The translations under genes and the position numbers were made by a program. Shown piece after piece: positions 52,835 through 64,000 of a DNA stretch of 64,000 bases (the first letter of the stretch is position 1; the number at the start of each line of letters is the position of its first letter). The notes beneath the pieces were generated by a model that did no database searches, was not told the DNA's origin, and saw only the letters and a list, made by a program, of their open reading frames with translations. The stretch comes from Tubiluchus corallicola (Eukaryota; Animalia; Priapulida): contig JAQGDQ010001063.1 of NCBI GenBank assembly GCA_030141605.1, positions 2,005 to 66,004 of the forward strand. The letters run 5' to 3'.

Positions 52835-53829
52835 ATGGGCACTCTACTATACTTCTCGCCTACCGGAACAGAATCGTCTATTCGATCTCAAACAACTACT
52901 CCACGTACCTAGGAGCATTGCCCGACGGGTTAAGTAAGTACAATGGATTTAATTACTGCCTCATATAATCAAATATTAACACTGGATCAGTGGGCTGGAA
53001 ACATATGTTTACTTATGCACTTGATTAAAATCATAGTGAAGCCGAGTCGTTCAATTAAGTAGTTACTAATCATTCGTCGTGAGCCTATGGAGGAAGTGCT
53101 GCAGCGCTGAGTGTACGCTGAAGAAGCCAGCCTATGGAGGAAGTGCTGCAGCGTTGAGTGTACGCTGAAGAAGCCTTTCTGTCCATGTGTGTATTGTACA
53201 AATCGGTGAAAACAGAACGATGTGTGACGTAGGATATTTTTATGAAGCTTTGCTATGCGGTTATAGATAAAAGTTCTTCAATGCTGCACCTGCTAATACC
53301 TCTGTTTCGGCACCTAATGTGCCAACGGGGATTTGTTTAATGCAACAAGAAAGATTTTATTTACAATATTTATTGCACTCTGGTTTCAAATGCACTTCTA
53401 TGCAAGCATAGTTGTGATGTATATTCGTGAGACACTGATATTGATTTTTGGTTGTTAAAGAACAACACTCAGCCGTTAGTATCGATTTTTGGTTGTTAAA
53501 GAACAACACCTAGCCGTTATGAACTATATGTATTATACAAATCTGTTTAAAATGGCTTTCTAGAAAATAAATTTATTAGTTCAGTCCGTAACTCAATCAA
53601 GTCAAGTTCAATCAGTTGGAGAACCATCAGCGAGTAGTCTGTTTGTCAGTCAATCACTCAGCCATTCAATCAGTTTGTCCAACTTTCAGTTAGAAAGTCA
53701 ACCAGCCAGTCAGTCAGTTAGCTAAGCATCCACCCAGCCTGTCAATGATTTAATCTGTAAGTGGTTCCGGCTATCAATCAATCAAATAAGAAATATACTG
53801 ATAGTAAACGAGTAGCAACATGAAAAATA

Positions 53830-54365
53830 AATGAACGAATGAATGAATGAATGAATGGATGAATGAATGAATGCACTGATGAATGCGTGCATGAATAAAT
53901 GAGTAAATTAGTGAATGAATGAATGAACAAGCGAATGAATGACGGAATGTATGAATGAACGAACGAATGAATGAGAGTGAATGAATGAAAAAATGAATGA
54001 ATGAACGAATGAATGAATGGATGAATGAATGAATGAATGAATGAATTAATTAATTAATGGATGAATGAACGAATGAATGAAAAAATAAACGAATGAATTG
54101 ATGGATCGATGGATGAATAAATGAATGGATGAATAAATGAATGGATGAATAAATGAACGAATGAACGAACGAACGAACGAACGAGTGAATGAATGAATGA
54201 ATGAACGAACGAACGAACGAACGAACGAGTGAATGAATGAATGAATGAATGAACGAACGAACGAACGAACGAACGAACGAACGAACGAACGAACAAACGA
54301 ACGAACGAACGAACGAACGAACGAACGAATGGAATGACAGAAAGGGATAAACGAATAAGTGAACG
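53830..54365. repeat. (GAAT/GAAC)n compound tetranucleotide repeat
   Basis: Same motif class as 2349-3072. Confidence 0.93.
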
Positions 54366-54576
54366 AAAGAACAGTGTCACTCTTACGCCTCTAGTTTCCA
54401 ACACGTGATTAAAGCCTTAGTCCTTCGTCCTCACAATTACTGATTATCGACCAACAATTAATTAACGTTTTACGCATGTCAGAATTGACTGGACTAAGAT
54501 GAGAGCTCTAAGCCTATCTAATTACTGTTCGTTTATTCTGAGTTGAACAGTATTGAAAGCAATGTTAGAAAATTGT

Positions 54577-55690
54577 AGAAATGGACAAATATTTTCATGA
54601 GAAAATTAACTGACAAAAACTTGCAACATCAAAACGTTCAGTTCTGGTGGTCAGCAAGAAATGGACAAAAATTTTAATGAAAAAATTAACTGAGAAAAAC
54701 TTGCAACATCAAAACATTCAGTTCTGGTGGTCAGCAAGAAATGGACAAAAATTTTAATGAGAAAATTAACTGACAAAAACTTGCAACATCAAAACGTTCA
54801 GTTCTGGTAGTCAGCAAGAAATGGACAAAAATTTTAATGAGAAAATTAACTGACAAAAACTTGCAACATCAAAACGTTCAGTTCTGGTGGTCAGCAAGAA
54901 ATGGACAAAAATTTTAATGAGAAAATTAACTGACAAAAACTTGCAACATCAAAACGTTCAGTTCTGGTAGTCAGCAAGAAATGGACAAAAATTTTAATGA
55001 GAAAATTAACTGACAAAAACTTGCAACATCAAAACGTTCAGTTCTGGTGGTCAGCAAGAAATGGACAAAAATTTTAATGAGAAAATTAACTGACAAAAAC
55101 TTGCAACATCAAAACGTTCAGTTCTGGTGGTCAGCAAGAAATGGACAAAAATTTTAATGAGAAAATTAACTGACAAAAACTTGTAACATCAAAACGCTCA
55201 GTTCTGGTGGTCAGCAAGAAATGGACAAAAATTTTAATGAGAAAATTAACTGACAAAAACTTGTAACATCAAAACGTTCAGTTCTGGTGGTCAGCAAGAA
55301 ATGGACAAAAATTTTAATGAGAAAATTAACTGACAAAAACTTGTAACATCAAAACGTTCAGTTCTGGTGGTCAGCAAGAAATGGCCAAAAATTTTAATGA
55401 GAAAATTAACTGACAAAAACCTGCAACATCAAAACGTTCAGTTCTGGTGGTCAGCAAGAAATGGACAAATATTTTAATGAGAAAATTAACTGACAAAAAC
55501 TTGCAACATCAAAACGTTCAGTTTTGGTGGTCAGCAAGAAATGGACAAAAATTTTAATGAGAAAATTAACTGACAAAAACTTGCAACATCAAAACGTTCA
55601 GTTCTGGTGGTCAGCAAGAAATGGACAAAAATTTTAATGAGAAAATTAACTGCCAAAAACTTGCAACATCAAAACGTTCAGTTCTGGTGA
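54577..55690. repeat. 80-bp minisatellite (~14 copies)
   Basis: agaaatggacaaaaattttaatgagaaaattaactgac...ggtggtcagca. Confidence 0.97.
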
Positions 55691-55903
55691 TCATCGAATT
55701 AATTACAACAAGGGGAATCTTCGAATCTAATGAAGAATGTTTAGGTTAAGTATTGTTCAACACAAACCGTAGTGGGTTATTAATTCCGTCTTCAACAATT
55801 ATTATAGTGACAGTTTTGAATTGAAATTTGTACAGTTAGATAGTATACGTACATCACTATGTATAGTATCGTATAATATCACTGTAATAATTGTATACGT
55901 ACG

Positions 55904-56362
55904 GAATGAGTCGGTAAGACTTAAAGGTAAAGTCCACAAAGAAGTGGTCAGACCCGCTCTAATCTATGGGCTGGAAGCAGCTTCTCTAAAGAAGACCGAA
56001 GAGAAGAAAATGGGTGTGGTAGGGATGAGGATGTTGAGATGGATGGTGGGAATAACAAGAAGAGATAAAATTAGAAATAATAATATCAGAGGAACAGTAA
56101 AAGTAGTGGAAGCCTCGCAAGATTGCGATGGTATGGACACCTGTAAGGAAGAGTCGGTGAAGATCATGTGGGAAGGGAGGTCATGGAAATGGAAGTGCTG
56201 GGAAATAGAAGAAGAGGACGACCCAAGCGGAGATGGATTGAATGTACTAATGGAGACCTTAGAGAGAAGAACATAAATGAAGAGATGGTCAACAACAGGA
56301 ATGCGTGGAGAAGACTCATTCACAACGGCGACCCCGCATAGGGAAAAGCTGGGAAGAAGAAG
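55904..56362 (+). mobile_element. RTE LINE 3' fragment, copy 2
   Basis: Nearly identical to 41623-42000 plus ~95 internal bp; GAA tail; direct repeat AGATAGTATACGTACA at 55838-55853 and 56363-56378. Confidence 0.9.
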
Positions 56363-57259
56363 AGATAGTATACGTACAGTCAGTTCAAAATAAGTGGTTG
56401 AAGATGAGCAAATTTAATACAAAACGTCTTGAATAATTAATCCAATAAAACCTGCTTACAAGATGTCAGCACTCGAAGTTCCAAGTACGTTTATAAGCTT
56501 CTGCTTCCTGGAGCACCACCATTGGCTCCATAAACGGGATTCGTAGTTAAGTAAAAACTACATCAATCATAAAATCAAAATACGTTGCAACCGTCACAAA
56601 TGAAGCCAGTCTGCATGTTTGCCTGTCTTTCGGTTGCGGTTCTGTTCGAAGTAAAACGACAAATTCTCTAAATCAACACAGTCAGCGCACCATCCGGAAT
56701 GCTCCATCCGGAAGAGAAAAGGGATGATGAAGAAATCTGGTGTTTTATGAAGTTATGAACTACAGCTGCTGCCCACATTAGAAACATACATAAAAAGTAA
56801 AGCCTAAAAGCGCGAGTTTATCGGTTCAGCCAGCGTTTTCCTCAAGGGACACAAGGTGCACAGCCGAATGGTCATGGCAAAACTTTCCATACAAAGCTTA
56901 GTGTTACGTTTACTGTTACTGCTTGACACACACGTAACTGAAATAGAGAATTCTTAGTTACTTAAAATGTTTGTGCCAACTGGTAAAACGTAACTGGTTC
57001 ACTATCCCAGTGTGCACCAAAAAAACGTCACTGGTTGAATTTGGCTCATCAAAAACATATAATTTATCTTACTGACAAAATAAAGTAATTTACATATTCA
57101 GTGAAGTTGCGCTACGAATGCTTTGGTCATTTTTTCGAACTTTATGCAACGTTATTTGAACAGGCTTAAATTTCTTACGCTACTGACTGATTTCTGCGCT
57201 AAACTGTCAACGTGAGAGTTTAAATTTCATCGAAGTTTTAAACGACGTTTACAAGACGT

Positions 57260-57505
57260 CCGGAATGCGTCATGCGTTATCCATGTGCGGAATGCGTCAT
57301 GCGTTATCCATGTGCGGAATGCGTCATGCGTTATCCATCCCGGAATGCGTCATGCGTTATCCATCTGCGGAATGCGTCATGCGTTATCCATCTGCGGAAT
57401 GCGTCATGCGTTATCCATCCCGGAATGCGTCATGCGTTATCCATGTGCGGAATGCGTCATGCGTTATCCATGTGCGGAATGCGTCATGCGTTATCCATCT
57501 GCGGA
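57260..57505. repeat. 26/27-bp minisatellite (9 copies)
   Basis: cggaatgcgtcatgcgttatccat(gtg/ctg/cc). Confidence 0.95.
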
Positions 57506-59149
57506 AGAGCTGCGCATAAAAAATCAACAGAAAATAACTGCAGAAAAAATAACACATAACGCATGTCTCGGAAACGGATGCATTGAAAACAACATAAACC
57601 GATTTTATCCATTCCGCAGCCGCATAACGCATACGCATTCCTTAAACGCATACGCATACGCATTCCTTACGTCTGGTGAACGCAACTTTAATGCTAATAC
57701 AATCTATGTATAACAATAAGACAATGTATGTGATGTAAAATTTCAAACGATTTCTTCAAGAATATTATAATATTTCATTTAAGAATTATTCCGAAACTAG
57801 CTAACGAATGGACGAGGTTATAGCGACACGCAAACCACATAATTAAGTTTAGTACAATCATTACAATCATTACAATCACTACAATCATTACAATCGCAAA
57901 GTCATTATCAATATAGCTGTGCGCTTGCAATCTTGCTGAACAAGTTACGAAAGATACTTATCAGTCAAGATTGTACATAAGACAAGACCCTTAAGCTGTG
58001 CAGTCTTGCCACTGAAGCCAGAGCTGAAGATAATGTTTAATTTATGTTGTAAGCTGCTTCACAAGCCGTTATTTATTGCTGAGCTGAAGGTTTTAGGCTC
58101 GTTGCAAATTGAGAAAAATGTTCAAAAACTAGAAGAAAAAACAAAATGTCGCCGTGACGTTTTGAGACTAGCGCTGGTGCGATGATGAAACCAGTGGATA
58201 AAGTTGACTTGGTAAATTTACTGATATAAAAACGTAATTTTACAATTTACCAGCCATGTTTACTGGGTAAGTTTTTGAAGCACCGAGTTCAATTACACAA
58301 CACTACCTAGTTTGTTGGTTTGTGATTATTCCAACTACTATATTATTATTAAGCCATTAAGGCCTACAGCCTATGTGTTTGTAGCGTGTAAGTCAGCAAT
58401 TCACTAATTAGTGATTATTGATTAGCTGACTATTTGATTCACTAATTAACTCATTGATCGGCTGGCTGATTTACTTATTGATTAATTCACTTAACTGATT
58501 GGTTGACTGACTGCCTGAGTGACTGACTAAATTACTGATTGATGGATTGACTGAGTGGCTGATTGATTAATTAGTTGATTGAGTCGATAACTGACTGACT
58601 GATTGGCTTGACTGATTGATTGACTGGCCGGTTTCAAGATAAATCGGGCTGCTTGACTGGCTAATTCGTTAACTGAATGACGTTTTATTCCCCCAGCCAG
58701 GTCATATACGTTTTAATGCAACAGCTACCCAATTTTACAACACAGTTGTAAACAGGTTTATAACTTATAAATTTATGCAGTTTTTCCAAGCACGTCGAGT
58801 ACTGGCGAAGCTGGCAAAAATAAATCTGACAGGTGGCAGCACCAGTAAACATTGTCTGCTCTATAAATTCAGCAGTTGGTATTAAATTAAGAACATCCGA
58901 CATCCTTTACACAGTTCAAGAAAATATTCTCATACAAATATTTGGACGTTATAAATCCGAGCACGTGCCGCCCAGATACGTGGACATGGGTCAGTCAAAA
59001 CTGCCCCACACAAAATTAAGAAGTCTTACATTTCTAACGGGTGACACCTGTCCCGTTATTATAACTACTACCAAATTTAAAGTTTAGCCATTTCAAATTT
59101 TGGCATGGCCACTCAAACACTTCTTGACCGATGAAGAAAATCATCTAAT

Positions 59150-62100
59150 TGTCAACACGTTTACTGCATCAACTAGCAACTGCAAAGTACTAATGTGCAA
59201 AACACGTATGCTGCATGAACTAGCAACTACGAAGTACTAATGTGCAAAACACGTGCTGCATGAACTAGCAACTACAAAGTACTAATGTACAAAACACGTA
59301 CTGCATGAACTAGCAGCTACGAAGTACTAATGTGCAAAACACGTGCTGCATGAACTAGCAACTACGAAGTACTAATGTGCAAAACACGTGCTGCATGAAC
59401 TAGCAACTACAAAGTACTAATGTGCAAAACACGTGCTGCACGAACTAGCAACTACGAAGTACTAATGTGCAAAACACGTGCTGCATGAACTAGCAACTAC
59501 GAAGTACTAATGTACAAAACACGTGCTGCATGAACTAGCAACAACGAAGTACTAATGTGCAAAACACGTGCTGCATGAACTAGCAACTACGAAGTACTAA
59601 TGTACAAAACACGTGCTGCATGAACTAGCAACAACGAAGTACTAATGTACAAAACACGTATGCTGCATGAACTAGCAACTACGAAGTACTAATGTGCAAA
59701 ACACGTGTTGCATGAACTAGCAACTACGAAGTACTAATGTGCAAAACACGTGCTGCATGAACTAGCAACTACGAAGTACTAATGTACAAAACACGTACTG
59801 CATGAACTAGCAACTACAAAGTACTAATGTACAAAACACGTATGCTGCATGAACTAGCAACTACGAAGTACTAATGTGCAAAACACGTGCTGCATGAACT
59901 AGCAACTACGAAGTACTAATGTACAAAACACGTGCTGCATGAACTAGCAACAACGAAGTACTAATGTACAAAACACGTATGCTGCATGAACTAGCAACTA
60001 CGAAGTACTAATGTGCAAAACACGTGCTGCATGAACTAGCAACTACGAAGTACTAATGTACAAAACACGTGCTGCATGAACTAGCAACAACGAAGTACTA
60101 ATGTACAAAACACGTATGCTGCATGAACTAGCAACTACGAAGTACTAATGTGCAAAACACGTGCTGCATGAACTAGCAACTACAAAGTACTAATGTACAA
60201 AACACGTACTGCATGAACTAGCAACTACGAAGTACTAATGTACAAAACACGTACTGCATGAACTAGCAACTACAAAGTACTAATGTACAAAACACGTATG
60301 CTGCATGAACTAGCAACTACGAAGTACTAATGTGCAAAACACGTGCTGCATGAACTAGCAACTACAAAGTACTAATGTACAAAACACGTACTGCATGAAC
60401 TAGCAACTACGAAGTACTAATGTACAAAACACGTGCTGCATGAACTAGCAACTACGAAGTACTAATGTGCAAAACACGTATGCTGCATGAACTAGCAACT
60501 ACGAAGTACTAATGTGCAAAACACGTGCTGCATGAACTAGCAACTACGAAGTACTAATGTACAAAACACGTACTGCATGAACTAGCAACTACGAAGTACT
60601 AATGTGCAAAACACGTGCTGCATGAACTAGCAACTACGAAGTACTAATGTGCAAAACACGTGCTGCATGAACTAGCAACTACGAAGTACTAATGTGCAAA
60701 ACACGTGCTGCATGAACTAGCAACTACGAAGTACTAATGTACAAAACACGTGCTGCATGAACTAGCAACTACGAAGTACTAATGTGCAAAACACGTGCTG
60801 CATGAACTAGCAACTACGAAGTACTAATGTACAAAACACGTGCTGCATGAACTAGCAACTACGAAGTACTAATGTGCAAAACACGTGCTGCATGAACTAG
60901 TAACTACGAAGTACTAATGTGCAAAACACGTGCTGCACGAACTAGCAACTACAAAGTACTAATGTGCAAAACACGTATGCTGCACGAACTAGCAACTACG
61001 AAGTACTAATGTACAAAACACGTGCTGCATGAACTAGCAACTACGAAGTACTAATGTGCAAAACGCGTGCTGCACGAACTAGCAACTACGAAGTACTAAT
61101 GTGCAAAACACGTGCTGCATGAACTAGCAACTACAAAGTACTAATGTACAAAACACGTACTGCATGAACTAGCAACTACGAAGTACTAATGTGCAAAACA
61201 CGTGCTGCATGAACTAGCAACTACAAAGTACTAATGTGCAAAACACGTGCTGCATGAACTAGCAACTACGAAGTACTAATGTGCAAAACACGTGCTGCAT
61301 GAACTAGCAACTACGAAGTACTAATGTACAAAACACGTGTTGCATGAACTAGCAACTACAAAGTACTAATGTACAAAACACGTGCTGCATGAACTAGCAA
61401 CTACGAAGTACTAATGTACAAAACACGTGCTGCATGAACTAGCAACTACGAAGTACTAATGTGCAAAACACGTGCTGCATGAACTAGCAACTACAAAGTA
61501 CTAATGTACAAAACACGTGTTGCATGAACTAGCAACTACAAAGTACTAATGTACAAAACACGTGCTGCATGAACTAGCAACTACAAAGTACTAATGTACA
61601 AAACACGTACTGCATGAACTAGCAACTACAAAGTACTAATGTACAAAACACGTATGCTGCATGAACTAGCAACTACAAAGTACTAATGTGCAAAACACGT
61701 GCTGCATGAACTAGCAACTACGAAGTACTAATGTGCAAAACACGTGCTGCATGAACTAGCAACTACGAAGTACTAATGTGTAAAACACGTGCTGCATGAA
61801 CTAGCAACTACGAAGTACTAATGTGCAAAACACGTGCTGCACGAACTAGCAACTACAAAGTACTAATGTACAAAACACGTGCTGCATGAACTAGCAACTA
61901 CAAAGTACTAATGTACAAAACACGTACTGCACGAACTAGCAACTACAAAGTACTAATGTGCAAAACACGTATGCTGCACGAACTAGCAACTACGAAGTAC
62001 TAATGTGCAAAACACGTGCTGCATGAACTAGCAACTACAAAGTACTAATGTACAAAACACGTGCTGCACGAACTAGCAACTACGACGTACTAATGTGCAA

Positions 62101-62150
62101 AACACGTGCTGCATGAACTAGCAACTACGAAGTACTAATGTACAAAATCT
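59150..62150. repeat. 45-bp (47-bp variant) satellite, ~3 kb
   Basis: gaactagcaactacgaagtactaatgtgcaaaacacgtgctgcat. Confidence 0.98.
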
Positions 62151-62635
62151 GCATGACAGCAGCAACAAGACTGAAGCTTTGAATTCCATATTAACAAACT
62201 GATGTAAAGAAACTCTAGTTTTTGATGGTCTAACTTCAACTGATACAGAAAAAAGTCATTATTACTTGTGTCATTTCACGCGTAAACCTTGACAAAGTGC
62301 AAAATGCCATGTTTGCTGAAGATTACGTATTTTGACAGATCGGAGCCGACCTAACAAATGGATACAGGAGACAAGCTCGGGTTTTTGATGTCGAAAAGGA
62401 TTCGTAAGGTCAAGCCAGCAATTTAAGTAATATTTGAATTTTCGAAGCTATTCGTTTACAAGCTTAGAAACACATTCATAAACTTTCATGGTTTTCTTCT
62501 TTTATTCTGCACCCCCTGCACCTACTGCACCCCTTTATTCGCACCCACCGCACCGCACCTACTGCACCCCTTTATTCCATATCGCCTATTCGGCTCAGAT
62601 CTTATAAGTTTTACTCTTGGCCTGAGCCGATAATT

Positions 62636-64000
62636 TGTCTAGGTGTAGAAAAGTGCCTAGCTTTGTACAGTTGCACAATCAATGTCTAGGTGTAGTAGAA
62701 AAGTACCTAGCTTTATACAGTCGTACAATCAATGTCTAGGTGTAGAAAAGTACCTAGCTTTATACAGTTGCACAATCAATGTCTAGGTGTAGAAAAGTAC
62801 CTAGCTTTATACAGTTGCACAATCAATGTCTAGCTGTAGAAAAGTACCTAGCTTTATACAGTTGCACAATCAATGTCTAGGTGTAGAAAAGTACCTAGCT
62901 TTATACACTTGTACAATCAATGTCTAGGTGTAGTAGAAAAGTACCTAGCTTTATACAGTCGTACAATCAATCTCTAGGTGTAGAAAAGCACCTAGCTTTA
63001 TACAGTCGTACAATCAACGTCTAGGTGTAGAAAAGTACCTAGCTTTATACAGTCGTACAATCAACGTCTAGGTGTAGTAGAAAAGTACCTAGCTTTATGC
63101 AGTCGTACAATCAATCTCTAGGTGTAGAAAAGTACCTAGCTTTATACAGTCGTACAATCAATCTCTAGGTGTAGAAAAGTACCTAGCTTTATACAGTCGT
63201 ACAATCAACGTCTAGGTGTAGAAAAGTACCTAGCTTTATACAGTCGTACAATCAACGTCTAGGTGTAGTAGAAAAGTACCTAGCTTTATGCAGTCGTACA
63301 ATCAATCTCTAGGTGTAGAAAAGTACCTAGCTTTATACAGTCGTACAATCAATCTCTAGGTGTAGAAAAGTACCTAGCTTTATACAGTCGTACAATCAAC
63401 GTCTAGGTGTAGAAAAGTACCTAGCTTTATACAGTCGTACAATCAACGTCTAGGTGTAGTAGAAAAGTACCTAGCTTTATGCAGTCGTACAATCAATCTC
63501 TAGGTGTAGAAAAGTACCTAGCTTTATACAGTCGTACAATCAATCTCTAGGTGTAGAAAAGTACCTAGCTTTATACAGTCGTACAATCAACGTCTAGGTG
63601 TAGAAAAGTACCTAGCTTTATACAGTCGTACAATCAACGTCTAGGTGTAGTAGAAAAGTACCTAGCTTTATGCAGTCGTACAATCAATCTCTAGGTGTAG
63701 AAAAGTACCTAGCTTTATACAGTCGTACAATCAATCTCTAGGTGTAGAAAAGTACCTAGCTTTATACAGTCGTACAATCAACGTCTAGGTGTAGAAAAGT
63801 ACCTAGCTTTATACAGTCGTACAATCAACGTCTAGGTGTAGTAGAAAAGTACCTAGCTTTATGCAGTCGTACAATCAATCTCTAGGTGTAGAAAAGTACC
63901 TAGCTTTATACAGTCGTACAATCAATCTCTAGGTGTAGAAAAGTACCTAGCTTTATACAGTCGTACAATCAACGTCTAGGTGTAGAAAAGTACCTAGCTT
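62636..64000. repeat. 47/50-bp satellite with a 191-bp higher-order repeat; runs off the window end
   Basis: tctaggtgtagaaaagtacctagctttatacagtcgtacaatcaa(tc/cg); the GTAGTAG variant recurs at 63074, 63265, 63456, 63647, 63838. Confidence 0.97.

Noticed and set aside
49581-64000. First coding exon of the Nav gene (P..PLE..DP-type motif)
   Set aside because: Searched by eye on the minus strand and not found; probably beyond the window, though a short exon could have been missed.

Overview
AT-rich, repeat-dense eukaryotic genomic DNA, most likely from an invertebrate animal. The minus strand carries four consecutive coding exons of a voltage-gated sodium-channel-family alpha subunit, most like Nav2/DSC1 (N-terminus to domain I S4; exons 49453-49580, 34556-34636, 23782-23910, 3892-3998). 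The ORF track largely misses these exons. The intron after the first visible exon is a minor-spliceosome (U12) GT-AG intron. The ~19.8 kb intron 3999-23781 contains two tandem paralogous two-exon genes on the opposite (+) strand. They encode TM-NIT-like domain-TM proteins that resemble animal NIT-guanylate cyclases but end in a short acidic tail with no cyclase domain, and this is the main candidate for an undescribed system. The rest is about 20 unrelated micro/minisatellite arrays (one built from the channel's own splice donor), MITEs with clear TIRs/TSDs (hAT, Tc1/pogo, piggyBac), RTE and CR1/L2 LINE remnants, SINE heads, and a probable long-read sequencing artefact at ~47 kb. All family assignments come from motif recognition by eye; no database search was run.
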